The notes beneath the pieces were generated by a model that saw nothing but the letters and a program-made list of their open reading frames with translations, was not told the DNA's origin and made no database searches. 64,000 bases of DNA, taken from the NCBI GenBank assembly GCA_963422395.1, contig OY729431.1:1056001-1120000 (forward strand), written 5' to 3'. Shown here piece after piece: positions 18,527-28,440 of this stretch. The position numbers and the translations under genes were made by a program. The first letter of the stretch is position 1, and each line of letters starts with the position of its first letter. Origin of the DNA: Vicinamibacteria bacterium. Lineage in GTDB: Bacteria; Acidobacteriota; Vicinamibacteria; Marinacidobacterales; Marinacidobacteraceae.

Positions 18527-20026
18527 GTGCTCTATATCGCAGTAGTCACCGGGTATCTCGGACTGCTGGTGTTCCTCGCGCTCCGCCGCGCCCGGACCGC
18601 GGCCACCCAGGACGACTTCATGGTCGCGGGCCGTTCGGTCCCGTGGCAGGTGCTCGTCGGCACGCTGGTCTGCACCTGGATCGGCTCCGGGAGTCTGTTC
18701 GGCGGTGCGGGTCGGGCGTTTCGCGAAGGCTTCTCCGCGCTCTGGATGAGTGCCGGCGCCTGGGTCGGCATCGCGGTGGTGTTCTTCCTCGCCGCCCGGG
18801 TGCGCCGCATCGCCGAATACACGGTGCCCGACCTGCTCGAACGGCGCTACCACCCGGCCGCTCGCCTCCTCGGTACCGCCGCCATCGCGATCGCCTACCT
18901 GACGATCGCCGGCTACCAGTTCATGGGCGGGGGGCGCCTCCTCGCCATCCTCTTTCCCGGCCTCGATCCGACCGCGGGGATGGTCATCGTGGCGGTCCTG
19001 GTGACCGTGTTCGCAGTGAGCGCCGGGATGATCTCGGTGATCCGCCTCGATGTGGTGAACGGGATCGTCATCATCGTCAGCATCCTGATCGCCGCCCCGC
19101 TCGCTTTCTTCGGCGCGGGCGGCACCGCCGGGCTCACCGCGGTGCTCCCGGAGACCCACTTCACCCTCACGGGCCGTCTCGGGCTTTCGGCAGCCATCGG
19201 CCTCTTCCTGCCCACCATGCTGCTGCTGCTCGGGGAGAGCGGCATGTACCAGAAGTTCTACGCCGCCCGGTCGGAATCGGCGGCGCAAAAGGCCGCCTTC
19301 GGGATGATCGCGGGAGTCGTCCTGATCGAAGTGCTGATCGACGCCACCGCGGTGTTCGCTGCGGCCGGCTATTGGAACGACCCCGCCTTTCGAAGCGCCG
19401 GCGGGTTCGACATCGGCGCCACCGAGACCGTCCTGCTCGAGTTCGCGTACCGCGGATTGCCGGTGTTCGCGGGATGTCTGCTGCTCGCGGGCGCGGTGGC
19501 GATCATCTTTTCCACCGCCACCACCTTCCTGCTGGTTCCCTCGACCGGCCTGGCCCGTGATGTCTATCAGCGGTTCTGGCGGCCCGAGGCCGGCTCGTCC
19601 GCGGTGATCCGGTTCCAGCGTCTCTCCATGGTCGGGCTTTCGGGCCTCGCGCTCCTGATCACGACCCGGTTCGAGAGCATCCTCGACATGGCGCTCTACG
19701 CCTACACGATGGTGGGAGCCGCCGTTACTCCGGCGCTGCTCGCGGCGTTCCTCTGGCGGCGGGCTACCCCGACCGGTGGAGTGGTCTCGATCGCCGCCGG
19801 CATCGTGACCACGATCCTCTTCGGAGTCTTGCATGCCGCGGGGGTGGAGCGGGTGCTGTTCTTGCCGACCGACTACGACTATGGGATCTATCCGGCGGCG
19901 GCCGCTTCGATCGCCGGGCTGATCGCGGTGAGCCTCCTCGGCGCACCGCCGCGCCCGGAACAGGTCGAGCCGTTCATCGCTGCCCGGATCGATCAGGACT
20001 GGGCCGGAGATGTTCGGAATGACTGA
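18527..20026 (+). CDS. Sodium:solute symporter family transporter
   Basis: DFMVAGRS, TVPDLLERRY, YQKFYAARS, many TM helices; TAGGAT 6 nt before GTG. Confidence 0.9.
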   Translation: MLYIAVVTGYLGLLVFLALRRARTAATQDDFMVAGRSVPWQVLVGTLVCTWIGSGSLFGGAGRAFREGFSALWMSAGAWVGIAVVFFLAARVRRIAEYTVPDLLERRYHPAARLLGTAAIAIAYLTIAGYQFMGGGRLLAILFPGLDPTAGMVIVAVLVTVFAVSAGMISVIRLDVVNGIVIIVSILIAAPLAFFGAGGTAGLTAVLPETHFTLTGRLGLSAAIGLFLPTMLLLLGESGMYQKFYAARSESAAQKAAFGMIAGVVLIEVLIDATAVFAAAGYWNDPAFRSAGGFDIGATETVLLEFAYRGLPVFAGCLLLAGAVAIIFSTATTFLLVPSTGLARDVYQRFWRPEAGSSAVIRFQRLSMVGLSGLALLITTRFESILDMALYAYTMVGAAVTPALLAAFLWRRATPTGGVVSIAAGIVTTILFGVLHAAGVERVLFLPTDYDYGIYPAAAASIAGLIAVSLLGAPPRPEQVEPFIAARIDQDWAGDVRND

Positions 20027-20843
20027 AGCGGAAGTTCGCATCGTCGCTCAGGGGCCGGCCGCGCGGGTGGAGATGCATTGGCCGAAAAAGCGCAACGCGC
20101 TCTCGGTGGCCATGATGAACCGGCTGACCCGCGCCCTCCGGGAAGCGGGTGAAGCCGAAGCGACCCGCGCCGTCGTGCTCGCAGGCGCCGGGCCGGCGTT
20201 CTCCGCCGGCCACTATCTGCCCGAAATGGTTGGAAAGGACCGCGCCGAGCAGTGCCGGGTCTTCGCTGCCTGCTCCGAACTGATGACGGTCGTCCACGAG
20301 CTGCCCCAGCCGGTGATCGCGGAGGTGCGCGGCATCGCCACCGCCGCTGGCTGCCAGCTGGTCGCCGCCTGTGATCTGGCGGTCGCCGCCGACACCGCCC
20401 GCTTCGCTACTCCGGGCGTACGGATCGGACTCTTCTGTTCGACCCCGATGGTGCCGCTCAGCCGGGTGGTGGGCCGCAAGCGGGCGATGGAGATGCTTCT
20501 CACCGGAGACTTCGTGGATGCGAAGACCGCGTTGGCGTGGGGTCTCGTGAACCGAGTGGTTTCCGAGCCCGCCCTCGAGGCGGCCAGCCTGGCGTTCGCT
20601 CGCCGCATCGCGGAGGCGAGCCCCTTCGTGGTGGCCCTCGGCAAGCGCGCCTTTCTCCGCCAGGCGGAACTCTCCCTCGAGGACGCCTACCGGGAGATGT
20701 CCGAGGTCATGTGCAGCAATGCGGTCGAACCCGACGCCCAGGAGGGGATGCGCGCCTTCCTCGAAAAGCGTCCCGCCCGCTGGACCCAGACGACTCTCGA
20801 TTCGGATCCGGACGCTGGCGGTCCGGCTTCCGATCCGAGCTGA
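20019..20843 (+). CDS. Enoyl-CoA hydratase/isomerase (ECHDC3-like)
   Basis: AFSAGH, IATAAGCQLVAACDL, FATPGVRIGLFCSTP, EGMRAFLEKR. Confidence 0.9.
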   Translation: MTEAEVRIVAQGPAARVEMHWPKKRNALSVAMMNRLTRALREAGEAEATRAVVLAGAGPAFSAGHYLPEMVGKDRAEQCRVFAACSELMTVVHELPQPVIAEVRGIATAAGCQLVAACDLAVAADTARFATPGVRIGLFCSTPMVPLSRVVGRKRAMEMLLTGDFVDAKTALAWGLVNRVVSEPALEAASLAFARRIAEASPFVVALGKRAFLRQAELSLEDAYREMSEVMCSNAVEPDAQEGMRAFLEKRPARWTQTTLDSDPDAGGPASDPS

Positions 20844-20880
20844 CGAGGGCCAGCCGCCAGCCAGAGCCAGCCGCCGGCTA

Positions 20881-21097
20881 ACAGCCTGTGGATGAAGTGG
20901 CGCGAGCCCAAAGAGCGGTCCAGTTCTCCCGGTGGGGGCGGCGCCCGGCTGGCAAGGCGCGTGAGGGAGGAATACCGGGAGTATTTCGACCGAAACGCAA
21001 CGATGAGCGCCGTGAAACGGGGCGGTTCAGCCGGGGCCCCCACCGGGAGAACTGGGCATCGCCGGCCTTTGGCCGTGTGACTTTGTCCACCGGCTGC
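20881..21097 (-). mobile_element. MITE family A, copy 3 (217-bp variant with extra internal inverted repeat)
   Basis: TA 20879-80 and 21098-99; same TIRs; lies between convergent genes. Confidence 0.88.
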
Positions 21098-21116
21098 TAA
21101 GGCTGGCTGCCGAAGC

Positions 21117-21929
21117 TCAGTCGGCGAGGTGCAGCCGATAGGCCGCTTCGCGTCCGCCGCGGTGGAAGCCGCGGACCTGGTAACCGCGGGCGAAGAGATC
21201 GGTGAGCGCCGCCCGGCTCTTCAGCCGCCAGTCCAGCGCGAGTCCGAGGTCTCCGCGCAGGATCGTGCCGAGATCCTCGGGGATGTAGAGAAGGACTTCG
21301 GGGTCTCCCGGCGGCTCGGGATCGGTGCTCTCCGGCAGGCCGCCGCCGCGGAACGAGATCCGGTTGATCGCGGGCAGTCCCGGAATCCCCGGCGGGGGAA
21401 CCAGCCCTCCCCGCCGCGCTCGTGCCACCCGTTCCGAACCGAGCCGCCATTCCGGCTCCAGTCGGTCGGTCGGGAGGCCGCCGTGCAGCGGGCTCTGGCT
21501 CTCGCCGTACACATTCAGGCGGTACACCGAGGAAACCGCGCCGAGGTGGTTGATGTTGAGGTTGGCGTTCCGCGCCTGCAGGGGGTCGAAGGTCCAGTTC
21601 ACCCGTAGGAGGCCCTGCGCGAGCACCCGGTCGGCCTGGGCCCATTTGAGGGTGAGCCCGATTCCATGTCCCTGGAACTCGGGCCGCACCGCGAGCATGT
21701 GGGAGTGGTGGAACGCCTCCCCGTCCGCGAATCCGGGAAAGCCGCTAACGAAGCCGGCCAGCCGCTCGCCGACGAACGCACCCACCGAGACGGCGCCGTA
21801 GTGGACCATGACCGCGAACAGGCCGGCGGGCACCACATCGAGTTCGAAGAAGCCCCAGACTTCTTGCTGGACCGCTTCGCACTCCTGCATGTCCGCCATT
21901 CCGGCGAGGTCGCGCATTTGGAAATCCAT
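21117..21929 (-). CDS. GNAT acyltransferase, COG3375-like (candidate D-amino-acid N-succinyltransferase)
   Basis: HHSHMLAVRPEFQGHGIGLTLKWAQ, WTFDPLQARNANLN, LPTDRL, ALDWRL. Confidence 0.8.
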   Translation of the reverse strand: MDFQMRDLAGMADMQECEAVQQEVWGFFELDVVPAGLFAVMVHYGAVSVGAFVGERLAGFVSGFPGFADGEAFHHSHMLAVRPEFQGHGIGLTLKWAQADRVLAQGLLRVNWTFDPLQARNANLNINHLGAVSSVYRLNVYGESQSPLHGGLPTDRLEPEWRLGSERVARARRGGLVPPPGIPGLPAINRISFRGGGLPESTDPEPPGDPEVLLYIPEDLGTILRGDLGLALDWRLKSRAALTDLFARGYQVRGFHRGGREAAYRLHLAD

Positions 21930-21995
21930 GACAGCGGATCGGGGCGGGCGGCAGAGTGTAAGGACAAATCGCCGAGCCACCGTTAGGATTCCTGG

Positions 21996-22535
21996 GTGCC
22001 CTCCGAGCTCGCCGTGCTGCGTGGCCGCCTGCTGGCCGCGGTGTTCGCCGGAATCTTCGGCGCCGACCGGATCACCAAGATCCTGGCCGAACGCTGGCTG
22101 GAAATGGGCGACCCGGTGGCGGTGGTCCCGGGATTGTTCCAGCTCAGCCTCGTCCACAACACGGGAATGGCGTTCGGGCTGCTGCACGAGGTGTCGTTCG
22201 CGGGAAAGGCGTGGGTTCTGACGGCGGGTTCCGCCGCTCTCCTCGCGGTGATCGTCTGGTTCGCGATCCGCTCCGGCCCTCTCCCCGCGCTGACCGCTCT
22301 CGGGATCACCTCGATGCTGGCCGGAGCGGTGGGCAATATCGGTGATCGAATCCTCTACGGCCATGTCGTGGACTTCGCCGACTTCTATCTCGGTTCGGCG
22401 CACTGGCCGGCCTTCAATGTCGCCGACGCGGCGATCTGCGTCGGCGTCGGCCTGCTGTTCCTCGAGAGCGTCCGCGAGTTCCGGCGTGCGCGCGCCGGCG
22501 GCGCGGACCTCGGCCGGGCCGGAGCGGCTCGCTGA
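21996..22535 (+). CDS. lspA: Lipoprotein signal peptidase II
   Basis: NTGMAFG, GAVGNIGDR, GHVVDF, WPAFNVADAAI. Confidence 0.96.
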   Translation: MPSELAVLRGRLLAAVFAGIFGADRITKILAERWLEMGDPVAVVPGLFQLSLVHNTGMAFGLLHEVSFAGKAWVLTAGSAALLAVIVWFAIRSGPLPALTALGITSMLAGAVGNIGDRILYGHVVDFADFYLGSAHWPAFNVADAAICVGVGLLFLESVREFRRARAGGADLGRAGAAR

Positions 22536-23326
22536 TGTTTCCGCGCCTCCTGGACTTCGGTCCGCTGGAGTTCGCCTCCCGGACCTTCCACCCCGTTCTC
22601 CATACCTACGGACTGTTGTTGTTCGCCGGCTTCGTGATCGGCATCTGGACCGCCGCCCGGCGCGCCCCGCAACACGGAATCGCCTCCCGTCACATCTACG
22701 ATCTGGCCCCCTACCTGTTTCTCGGAGCGTTGATCGGAGCGAAGGTCCTCCTGATCCTGCTCGACCCGGTGCGCTTCTGGGACAACCCCTGGGGCTTCAT
22801 CAGCGCGGGGGGGGTCTTCTTCGGGGGCCTGCTCGGGGCGGTGGGGGCGACCGTGTGGTTCTTCCGCTCGCGGGGGATCGAGGTCTGGAACGGGGGCGAT
22901 CTCATGGCGCCGTCCATCGCCCTCGGACACGGGATCGGCCGGCTCGGCTGTTTCGCCGCCGGCTGTTGCTATGGAATTCCCGCGGAAGGCCTGACCGCCG
23001 TCACTTTCACCGACGTCTACGCGAACTCGTTCACCGGCGTTCCTCTCGGAATTCCCCTCCACCCCACCCAGCTCTACGAAGCGGGCCTCGAATTCGGTCT
23101 TTTCCTGTTCCTCCTCGTGCTGGCCCGCCGCCGTCGGTTCCAGGGCCAGATCTTTCTGGTCTGGGCCGTCGTCTATGGGGTCTCCCGGTTCGTCATCGAG
23201 TTCTACCGGGGTGATCCGCGCGGCTTCATGCTCGACGGGCTGCTTTCCACTTCGCAGTTCCTCGGGATCGGGATCGTTCTTTCCGCCGCCGCCGCGTTGC
23301 TTGTCCTCCGAAAGCGCCCCGCCTGA
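22535..23326 (+). CDS. lgt: Prolipoprotein diacylglyceryl transferase
   Basis: YGLL, GRLGCFAAGCCYG, LHPTQLYE, RFVIEFYRGD. Confidence 0.96.
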   Translation: MFPRLLDFGPLEFASRTFHPVLHTYGLLLFAGFVIGIWTAARRAPQHGIASRHIYDLAPYLFLGALIGAKVLLILLDPVRFWDNPWGFISAGGVFFGGLLGAVGATVWFFRSRGIEVWNGGDLMAPSIALGHGIGRLGCFAAGCCYGIPAEGLTAVTFTDVYANSFTGVPLGIPLHPTQLYEAGLEFGLFLFLLVLARRRRFQGQIFLVWAVVYGVSRFVIEFYRGDPRGFMLDGLLSTSQFLGIGIVLSAAAALLVLRKRPA

Positions 23327-24410
23327 CCCGATCGGCACCGCGCCTCCGAGCTTCGGATCCGGGGCTCCCGAGTTCACGATCTCCTTCGAGGTCGCCTCCG
23401 AGGACGGTGGCCGCCGGCTCGATTCCACCGCAGCGAAGCGCCTCCCGCGGCTCAGCCGGACGGAGGTCGCGCGCTGGGTCGAGGCGGGCTTCGTTCTCAT
23501 CGATGGCCGGGTGCGGCGCCCGGGCTATCGCTGCCGCGCCGGGCAAACCGTGCGCATCGCCGGCCCCGCTGCCGGCGCTCCGCGCTTCCGACCGCCCGGC
23601 GAGCGGGAACCGCTCGACCCGGAGCCGGTTCCGCTGAAGATCCTCCATGAGGACGAGCACCTGGTGGTGCTCGACAAGCCCCCCGGGATCGTGGTCCATC
23701 CGGGGCCGGGACATCCCGGAGGTTCCCTCGCGAACGGCCTCCTCCATCGGTATCCCGAAATGAGCGCCGTCGGTCCTCCCGGACGTCCCGGGCTCGTTCA
23801 CCGGCTCGACCGGGGCACGAGCGGGGTGCTGGTGGCTGCCCGCACCGAAACGGCGCGGCGGCGGCTCGCCGAGAGCTTCGCCCGCCGTCAGGTGGAAAAA
23901 CGGTATCTGGCGCTGGTCCTCGGACGGTTCCCGGGCCTCCGGCGGATGGCCGAGCCCATCGGGCGCGACCCGCGGAACTCGCAGCGATACCGCATCCGCG
24001 GCAAGAACGCCCGGGAGGCCCTGTCGGAGGCCCGGCCCCTCGAGGAGCTCCCCCTTTCGACGCTGGTCGCCCTGTCCCTCGGAACCGGCCGCACGCACCA
24101 GGCCCGGGTCCATCTCGCGGGTGCGGGCTTCCCGATCGCTGGCGACGCGATGTACGGCCCGAGTGCCCCCCGCCGGGGCGGAGGCCGCGCCGGCGCCGCG
24201 CTGCGCCGGCTCGAGCGCCCGGCGCTCCACGCCGCCGAAATCGGGTTCCTCCACCCGGCGAGCGGGGAGACCGTGCGCTTCGCCGCCCCCCTCTTCGAAG
24301 ATCTCGATCGGACCCTCGCCGCGCTCCGGCAAGCGTCCACCGTGGAAGAGGGCTCGACCCTCCGCGCGGCCGGGGCTCGCATAGGATTCGCGCGCGGCAG
24401 GAGTCGGTGA
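23301..24410 (+). CDS. rluD: RluA/RluD-family pseudouridine synthase with S4 domain (start uncertain)
   Basis: RRLD S4 domain, KPPGIVVHPG, VHRLDRGTSG, TGRTHQARVH, ALHA. Confidence 0.88.
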   Translation: MSSESAPPDPIGTAPPSFGSGAPEFTISFEVASEDGGRRLDSTAAKRLPRLSRTEVARWVEAGFVLIDGRVRRPGYRCRAGQTVRIAGPAAGAPRFRPPGEREPLDPEPVPLKILHEDEHLVVLDKPPGIVVHPGPGHPGGSLANGLLHRYPEMSAVGPPGRPGLVHRLDRGTSGVLVAARTETARRRLAESFARRQVEKRYLALVLGRFPGLRRMAEPIGRDPRNSQRYRIRGKNAREALSEARPLEELPLSTLVALSLGTGRTHQARVHLAGAGFPIAGDAMYGPSAPRRGGGRAGAALRRLERPALHAAEIGFLHPASGETVRFAAPLFEDLDRTLAALRQASTVEEGSTLRAAGARIGFARGRSR

Positions 24411-24445
24411 TCCCGCAACGCTCTTCCTGCCCGAAATCCTGGCAC

Positions 24446-24994
24446 ATGCCTGACAGCCGCTCGAAGACGGTTCTCGGCGGGGAGGAATTCCGGAAGGCGT
24501 TTTCGAGGCTCGGGGATCTGGTGAACGCGGAGATGCCGGACCCTCTCGCCATCCTCGGGATCCGGCGGCGGGGAGTGCCGCTCGCCATGCGGCTGCAAGG
24601 CCATCTCGAACGCGCGGGCCGCCGGGATGTCCCCATCGGGGAACTCGACATCAACCTCTATCGGGACGATGTCCACGACCGCGGCCTGCCCCGGGTGCGA
24701 GAGACCCGCATTCCCTTCCCCCTCGAAGCGCGGCACATCCTGCTCGTGGACGATGTGTTGTACACCGGGCGGACGATCCGGGCGGCGCTGACGGCGCTGA
24801 GCAACTTCGGCCGCCCCCGGAGCGTCCGCCTCGCGGTGCTAGTGGACCGTGGAGGGCGCGAACTGCCCATCGCCGCGGACTTCGTGGGCCTCGACCTCGC
24901 GGCCGGCGCCGATCGGCTGGTGCGGGTCCGAGTGATGGAGGAGGACGGGCAAGACGGCGTCTTCACGATCGCCGCCGGAGCTGAAGGACGGTGA
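24446..24994 (+). CDS. pyrR: PyrR bifunctional regulator / uracil phosphoribosyltransferase
   Basis: LDINLYRDD, LLVDDVLYTGRTIRAAL, VDRGGRELPI. Confidence 0.95.
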   Translation: MPDSRSKTVLGGEEFRKAFSRLGDLVNAEMPDPLAILGIRRRGVPLAMRLQGHLERAGRRDVPIGELDINLYRDDVHDRGLPRVRETRIPFPLEARHILLVDDVLYTGRTIRAALTALSNFGRPRSVRLAVLVDRGGRELPIAADFVGLDLAAGADRLVRVRVMEEDGQDGVFTIAAGAEGR

Positions 24995-25920
24995 GGCAGC
25001 TGCTGGGGATTCGCGGGCTCTCCGCGCCGGAGGCCCTCGCGATCCTGGACGAGGCCCCCCGGTACCAGGATGTGGCCGAACAGCCGGTCCCCCGGGTCCC
25101 CATCCTGCTCGGCCGTACCGTGACCCACCTGTTCCTCGAGCCTTCGACCCGCACCCACGCGTCCTTCCAGCTGGCCACCCGGCGGCTCTCGGCCGAGCCG
25201 CTCTCCTTCGCGCCCGGAACCTCCTCGCTCACGAAGCGCGAGACCTTTCTCGACACCGCCCGCACCCTCGCCTCGATGGCCCCCGACATCATCGTGGTGC
25301 GCAGCCGCGAAACCGGTGCGCCGGCAGTGCTCGCCCGCGAGATTCCGGACGCCTCGGTGGTGAACGCCGGCGACGGCATGAACGAACATCCGACCCAGGC
25401 ACTCCTCGACGCCTTCACGATCCGGGAGCGCCGGGGGCGGATCGAGGGCCTGCGGGTGGCCATCGTCGGCGACCTGCTCCACAGCCGGGTGTTTCGCTCG
25501 AACGCCCGGCTACTGACCCTGCTGGGCGCAGAAGTGCGGTGCTCCGGCCCCCCGACCCTGATCCCTCCCGGCCTCGAACGGCTGGGCGTCCGCCCGTTCC
25601 TGCGGCCGGAAGAGGCCCTCGCGGACGCCGATGCGGTCATGGTGCTGCGGATCCAGATCGAGCGGATGCACGGCCCCTCGATCCCCTCCGAGCGGGAGTA
25701 CTACGAGGAGTTCGGATTGACCAGTGAGCGCCTCGCGCTTACCCGGGACGCCATCGTGCTCCACCCGGGGCCGTTGAACCGCGGCGTGGAGATCTCCTCC
25801 GCCGTTGCCGACGGGCCGCAGTCGGTCATTCTCGACCAGGTGCGGAACGGCGTCGCAGTGCGCATGGCGGTGCTCGCCGAGATCGCACGCAGCCGGCCGC
25901 GGCGAACCGGCGATGGCTGA
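24991..25920 (+). CDS. pyrB: Aspartate carbamoyltransferase
   Basis: EPSTRT, NAGDG, HPTQALLD, HPGPLNRGVEI. Confidence 0.97.
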   Translation: MRQLLGIRGLSAPEALAILDEAPRYQDVAEQPVPRVPILLGRTVTHLFLEPSTRTHASFQLATRRLSAEPLSFAPGTSSLTKRETFLDTARTLASMAPDIIVVRSRETGAPAVLAREIPDASVVNAGDGMNEHPTQALLDAFTIRERRGRIEGLRVAIVGDLLHSRVFRSNARLLTLLGAEVRCSGPPTLIPPGLERLGVRPFLRPEEALADADAVMVLRIQIERMHGPSIPSEREYYEEFGLTSERLALTRDAIVLHPGPLNRGVEISSAVADGPQSVILDQVRNGVAVRMAVLAEIARSRPRRTGDG

Positions 25921-27196
25921 GCCCCCGGTCCTGATCCGCGGCGCCCGGGTGGTGGACCCGGCAGCCGGCCTCGACGGGATCCGGGATCTACGGCTCGCGG
26001 AGGGGAAGGTCGCTGCGGTCGGACTCGGCCTCGTCGAGCCCGGAGATGTGGTCTTCGAAGCCGCCGGCCTCGTCGCGGCCCCCGGTTTCTGCGACATGCA
26101 TGTCCATTTTCGCGAGCCCGGCTTCGAGTACCAGGAAACGGTGGCGAGCGGAGCGGCGGCGGCGGTCGCCGGAGGGTTCACCGCAGTGGCCTGCATGGCG
26201 AACACCGATCCGGTGAACGACAACCCCTCGATCACTGCCCATATCCGGCAGCTCGCTGCCGATGCCGGTCTCGCGCGGGTCTGGCCCATCGGGGCGACGA
26301 CCCGGGGGATGCGGGGAGAGCGGATCACCGAATTCGGCTGCCTTCGGCGCGCCGGGGCGGTCGCGGTCTCCGACGACGGACTCCCGGTGCGCGATCCGGC
26401 GGTGATGCGCCGCGCTCTCGAATACGCCCGTCTCTTCGATCTCCCGGTGATCGAACACTGCGAGACCCTCGAGCTGACCGGCGATGGCGCGATGCGGGAG
26501 GGCGCGGTCGCTACCGAGGCCGGGCTGCCGGGGATTCCGGCAGCTTCCGAGTTCATCGCGGTGGAGCGGAACATCGCCCTCGCCGAGGTCACCGGCTCCC
26601 GCCTCCACATCGCGCACCTCGGCACCGCGCGTTCGGCGGCCGCAGTGCGCCGGGCCAAGGCGGCGGGGCTCCGGGTGACCGCCGAAGTGACCCCGCACCA
26701 CCTGCTCCTCAACGAAGAGGCGGCCGGTGGCTGCGATACCGCCGCCAAGATGAAGCCTCCGCTCGCTTCCGAGGCGGACCGCGCGGCGTTGGTCGAGGCG
26801 ACCGCCGACGGAACGGTGGATGCCATCGCCACCGACCACGCCCCCCATCACGAGGACGAGAAGAAACTCTGTTTCCAGAGCGCGCCATTCGGGATCGTCG
26901 GGCTCGAAACCGCGGTTCCCCTCGTCCTCGATCGGCTCGTGATGCCGGGGACGATCTCCCTGGCCGACGCGGTGCGGCTGCTCTCCGTCGGTCCGCTGCG
27001 GATCCTGGGAAGGCCGGGCGGGGATCTGAAGCCCGGGAGCCCGGCGGACATCACCCTGCTCGATCTGGAATCCAGCACCACGGTACGCCCCGAGTCGTTC
27101 CGCAGCCGAGGCCGCAGCACGCCGTTCGCCGGCCTCGAACTGCGCGGCCAGGTCGCCGCCACCTGGGTGGGTGGGCGGCTGGTCTTTTCGCGTTAG
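25913..27196 (+). CDS. pyrC: Dihydroorotase
   Basis: DMHVHFREPG, EVTPHH, ATDHAPH, FGIVGLET. Confidence 0.96.
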   Translation: MAEPPVLIRGARVVDPAAGLDGIRDLRLAEGKVAAVGLGLVEPGDVVFEAAGLVAAPGFCDMHVHFREPGFEYQETVASGAAAAVAGGFTAVACMANTDPVNDNPSITAHIRQLAADAGLARVWPIGATTRGMRGERITEFGCLRRAGAVAVSDDGLPVRDPAVMRRALEYARLFDLPVIEHCETLELTGDGAMREGAVATEAGLPGIPAASEFIAVERNIALAEVTGSRLHIAHLGTARSAAAVRRAKAAGLRVTAEVTPHHLLLNEEAAGGCDTAAKMKPPLASEADRAALVEATADGTVDAIATDHAPHHEDEKKLCFQSAPFGIVGLETAVPLVLDRLVMPGTISLADAVRLLSVGPLRILGRPGGDLKPGSPADITLLDLESSTTVRPESFRSRGRSTPFAGLELRGQVAATWVGGRLVFSR

Positions 27197-27211
27197 CAGT
27201 CTTTGTGCCCG

Positions 27212-28108
27212 ATGTCGCAGCGCGGCTTTCGGAAGGTGGCGGAGCAGGTCTTCCTCCGGCATGGTCCGGGGAAGGACGCCGCGCTCGCTTCCGATCCACT
27301 CGAATTCCCGCGTCGCTTCACAACCTCCGAGGATCGCGAGGCCGCGGCTTTTCTCGCTGCTTCGCTCGCTTACGGCAACGCCGTCACCGTGCGCTCGTCG
27401 TTGTCCCGAATCTTCGCCTGGACCGGCCCCCGCCCAGCGGATTTCCTCCGGACGCTGACCCGGGGCCGCGGGCTCGCCGGACTCCGGGGTTTCCGGCACC
27501 GCCGGAGTAGCGCAGAGGATGTGGTCGGTCTCGGCCTCGTCCTGCGCGGTCTGCTCGAAGTGCACGGGACGCTCGAAGCGGCCTTCCAGCGCGGGATCGT
27601 CCCGGGAGACCACGCCAGGGCGGATCTCGGCGCCAGCATCGTGCGGTTTCGTGAGGAAGCGCTTCGTTTCCAGCCGAAAGCCGCGGTAGCCGGTCCCGGC
27701 GTCCGCTTCTTCTTCCCGAGCCCCCGGACTTCCGCGGCCAAGCGGATGGCCATGTTCCTCCGCTGGGTCGTTCGCGAAGACGATGGGCTGGATCTCGGGC
27801 TCTGGCGCTGCCTCGACCCGCGCGACCTGGTGGTGCCGCTGGACACCCACATGTTCCGCATCGCGCGCAGGCTGCGCCTCACCGCCCGAAAAACTCCGGG
27901 CTGGCCGGCGGCGCTGGATCTGACCCGGGCGCTCGCACAGCTCGATCCTGCGGATCCGACGAAATACGACTTCGCCCTCAGCCGCCTCGGCATCGTCGAG
28001 GGTTGTCCCCGCCACCCCCGGAGCGACCCCTGTGAGCTCTGCCGGTTGTTCCACCGTCCTCGCCTCCGTTCCCGAGGGGACACTCCGCCGAGACCGCTCA
28101 CGCGATAA
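27212..28108 (+). CDS. TIGR02757/DUF2400 family protein
   Basis: DPLEFP, LAYGN, SAAKRMAMFLRWVVR, DLGLW, PLDTH, DPTKYDFAL. Confidence 0.85.
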   Translation: MSQRGFRKVAEQVFLRHGPGKDAALASDPLEFPRRFTTSEDREAAAFLAASLAYGNAVTVRSSLSRIFAWTGPRPADFLRTLTRGRGLAGLRGFRHRRSSAEDVVGLGLVLRGLLEVHGTLEAAFQRGIVPGDHARADLGASIVRFREEALRFQPKAAVAGPGVRFFFPSPRTSAAKRMAMFLRWVVREDDGLDLGLWRCLDPRDLVVPLDTHMFRIARRLRLTARKTPGWPAALDLTRALAQLDPADPTKYDFALSRLGIVEGCPRHPRSDPCELCRLFHRPRLRSRGDTPPRPLTR

Positions 28109-28136
28109 CGCTGCCGCTCCGCTCGGTCCGAGAGGG

Positions 28137-28432
28137 CTTGGACCCGTCCCGTGGCTGGAAAACACCGGTTGCGCCCGAAGCGGAGCTTCGGGAGCGTCGC
28201 AGCGGGGGAAAGTGTGAAAGGGGGTTCACCCCCGTTCACAGCATGGTGATTTCGAATCGGACTCGCTGCCGCCGGTTCCAGCCTGACGGCGAATCGAGAC
28301 TGGGGAGGGATCGAGCGGCAGGAGTGCGATTCGCGGCGCGGAGCGCCGGGCGGTCCGGGAACGGGGCGTTGTCTCTTCTCGCGAGGGAGCGGGACGCAGT
28401 ATCACCTCACGCCCCGTTCCCGGACCGCTCAG
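28137..28432 (+). repeat. Structured dispersed repeat family B, copy C (divergent, with insertion)
   Basis: Same conserved blocks; 22-bp terminal stem 28348-28369 / 28409-28430. Confidence 0.8.
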
Positions 28433-28440
28433 ACGCAGAC

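Noticed and set aside
24380-24446. PyrR attenuator upstream of pyrR-pyrB-pyrC
   Set aside because: No AGUCCAGAGAGG-type binding loop or terminator visible; the region overlaps rluD
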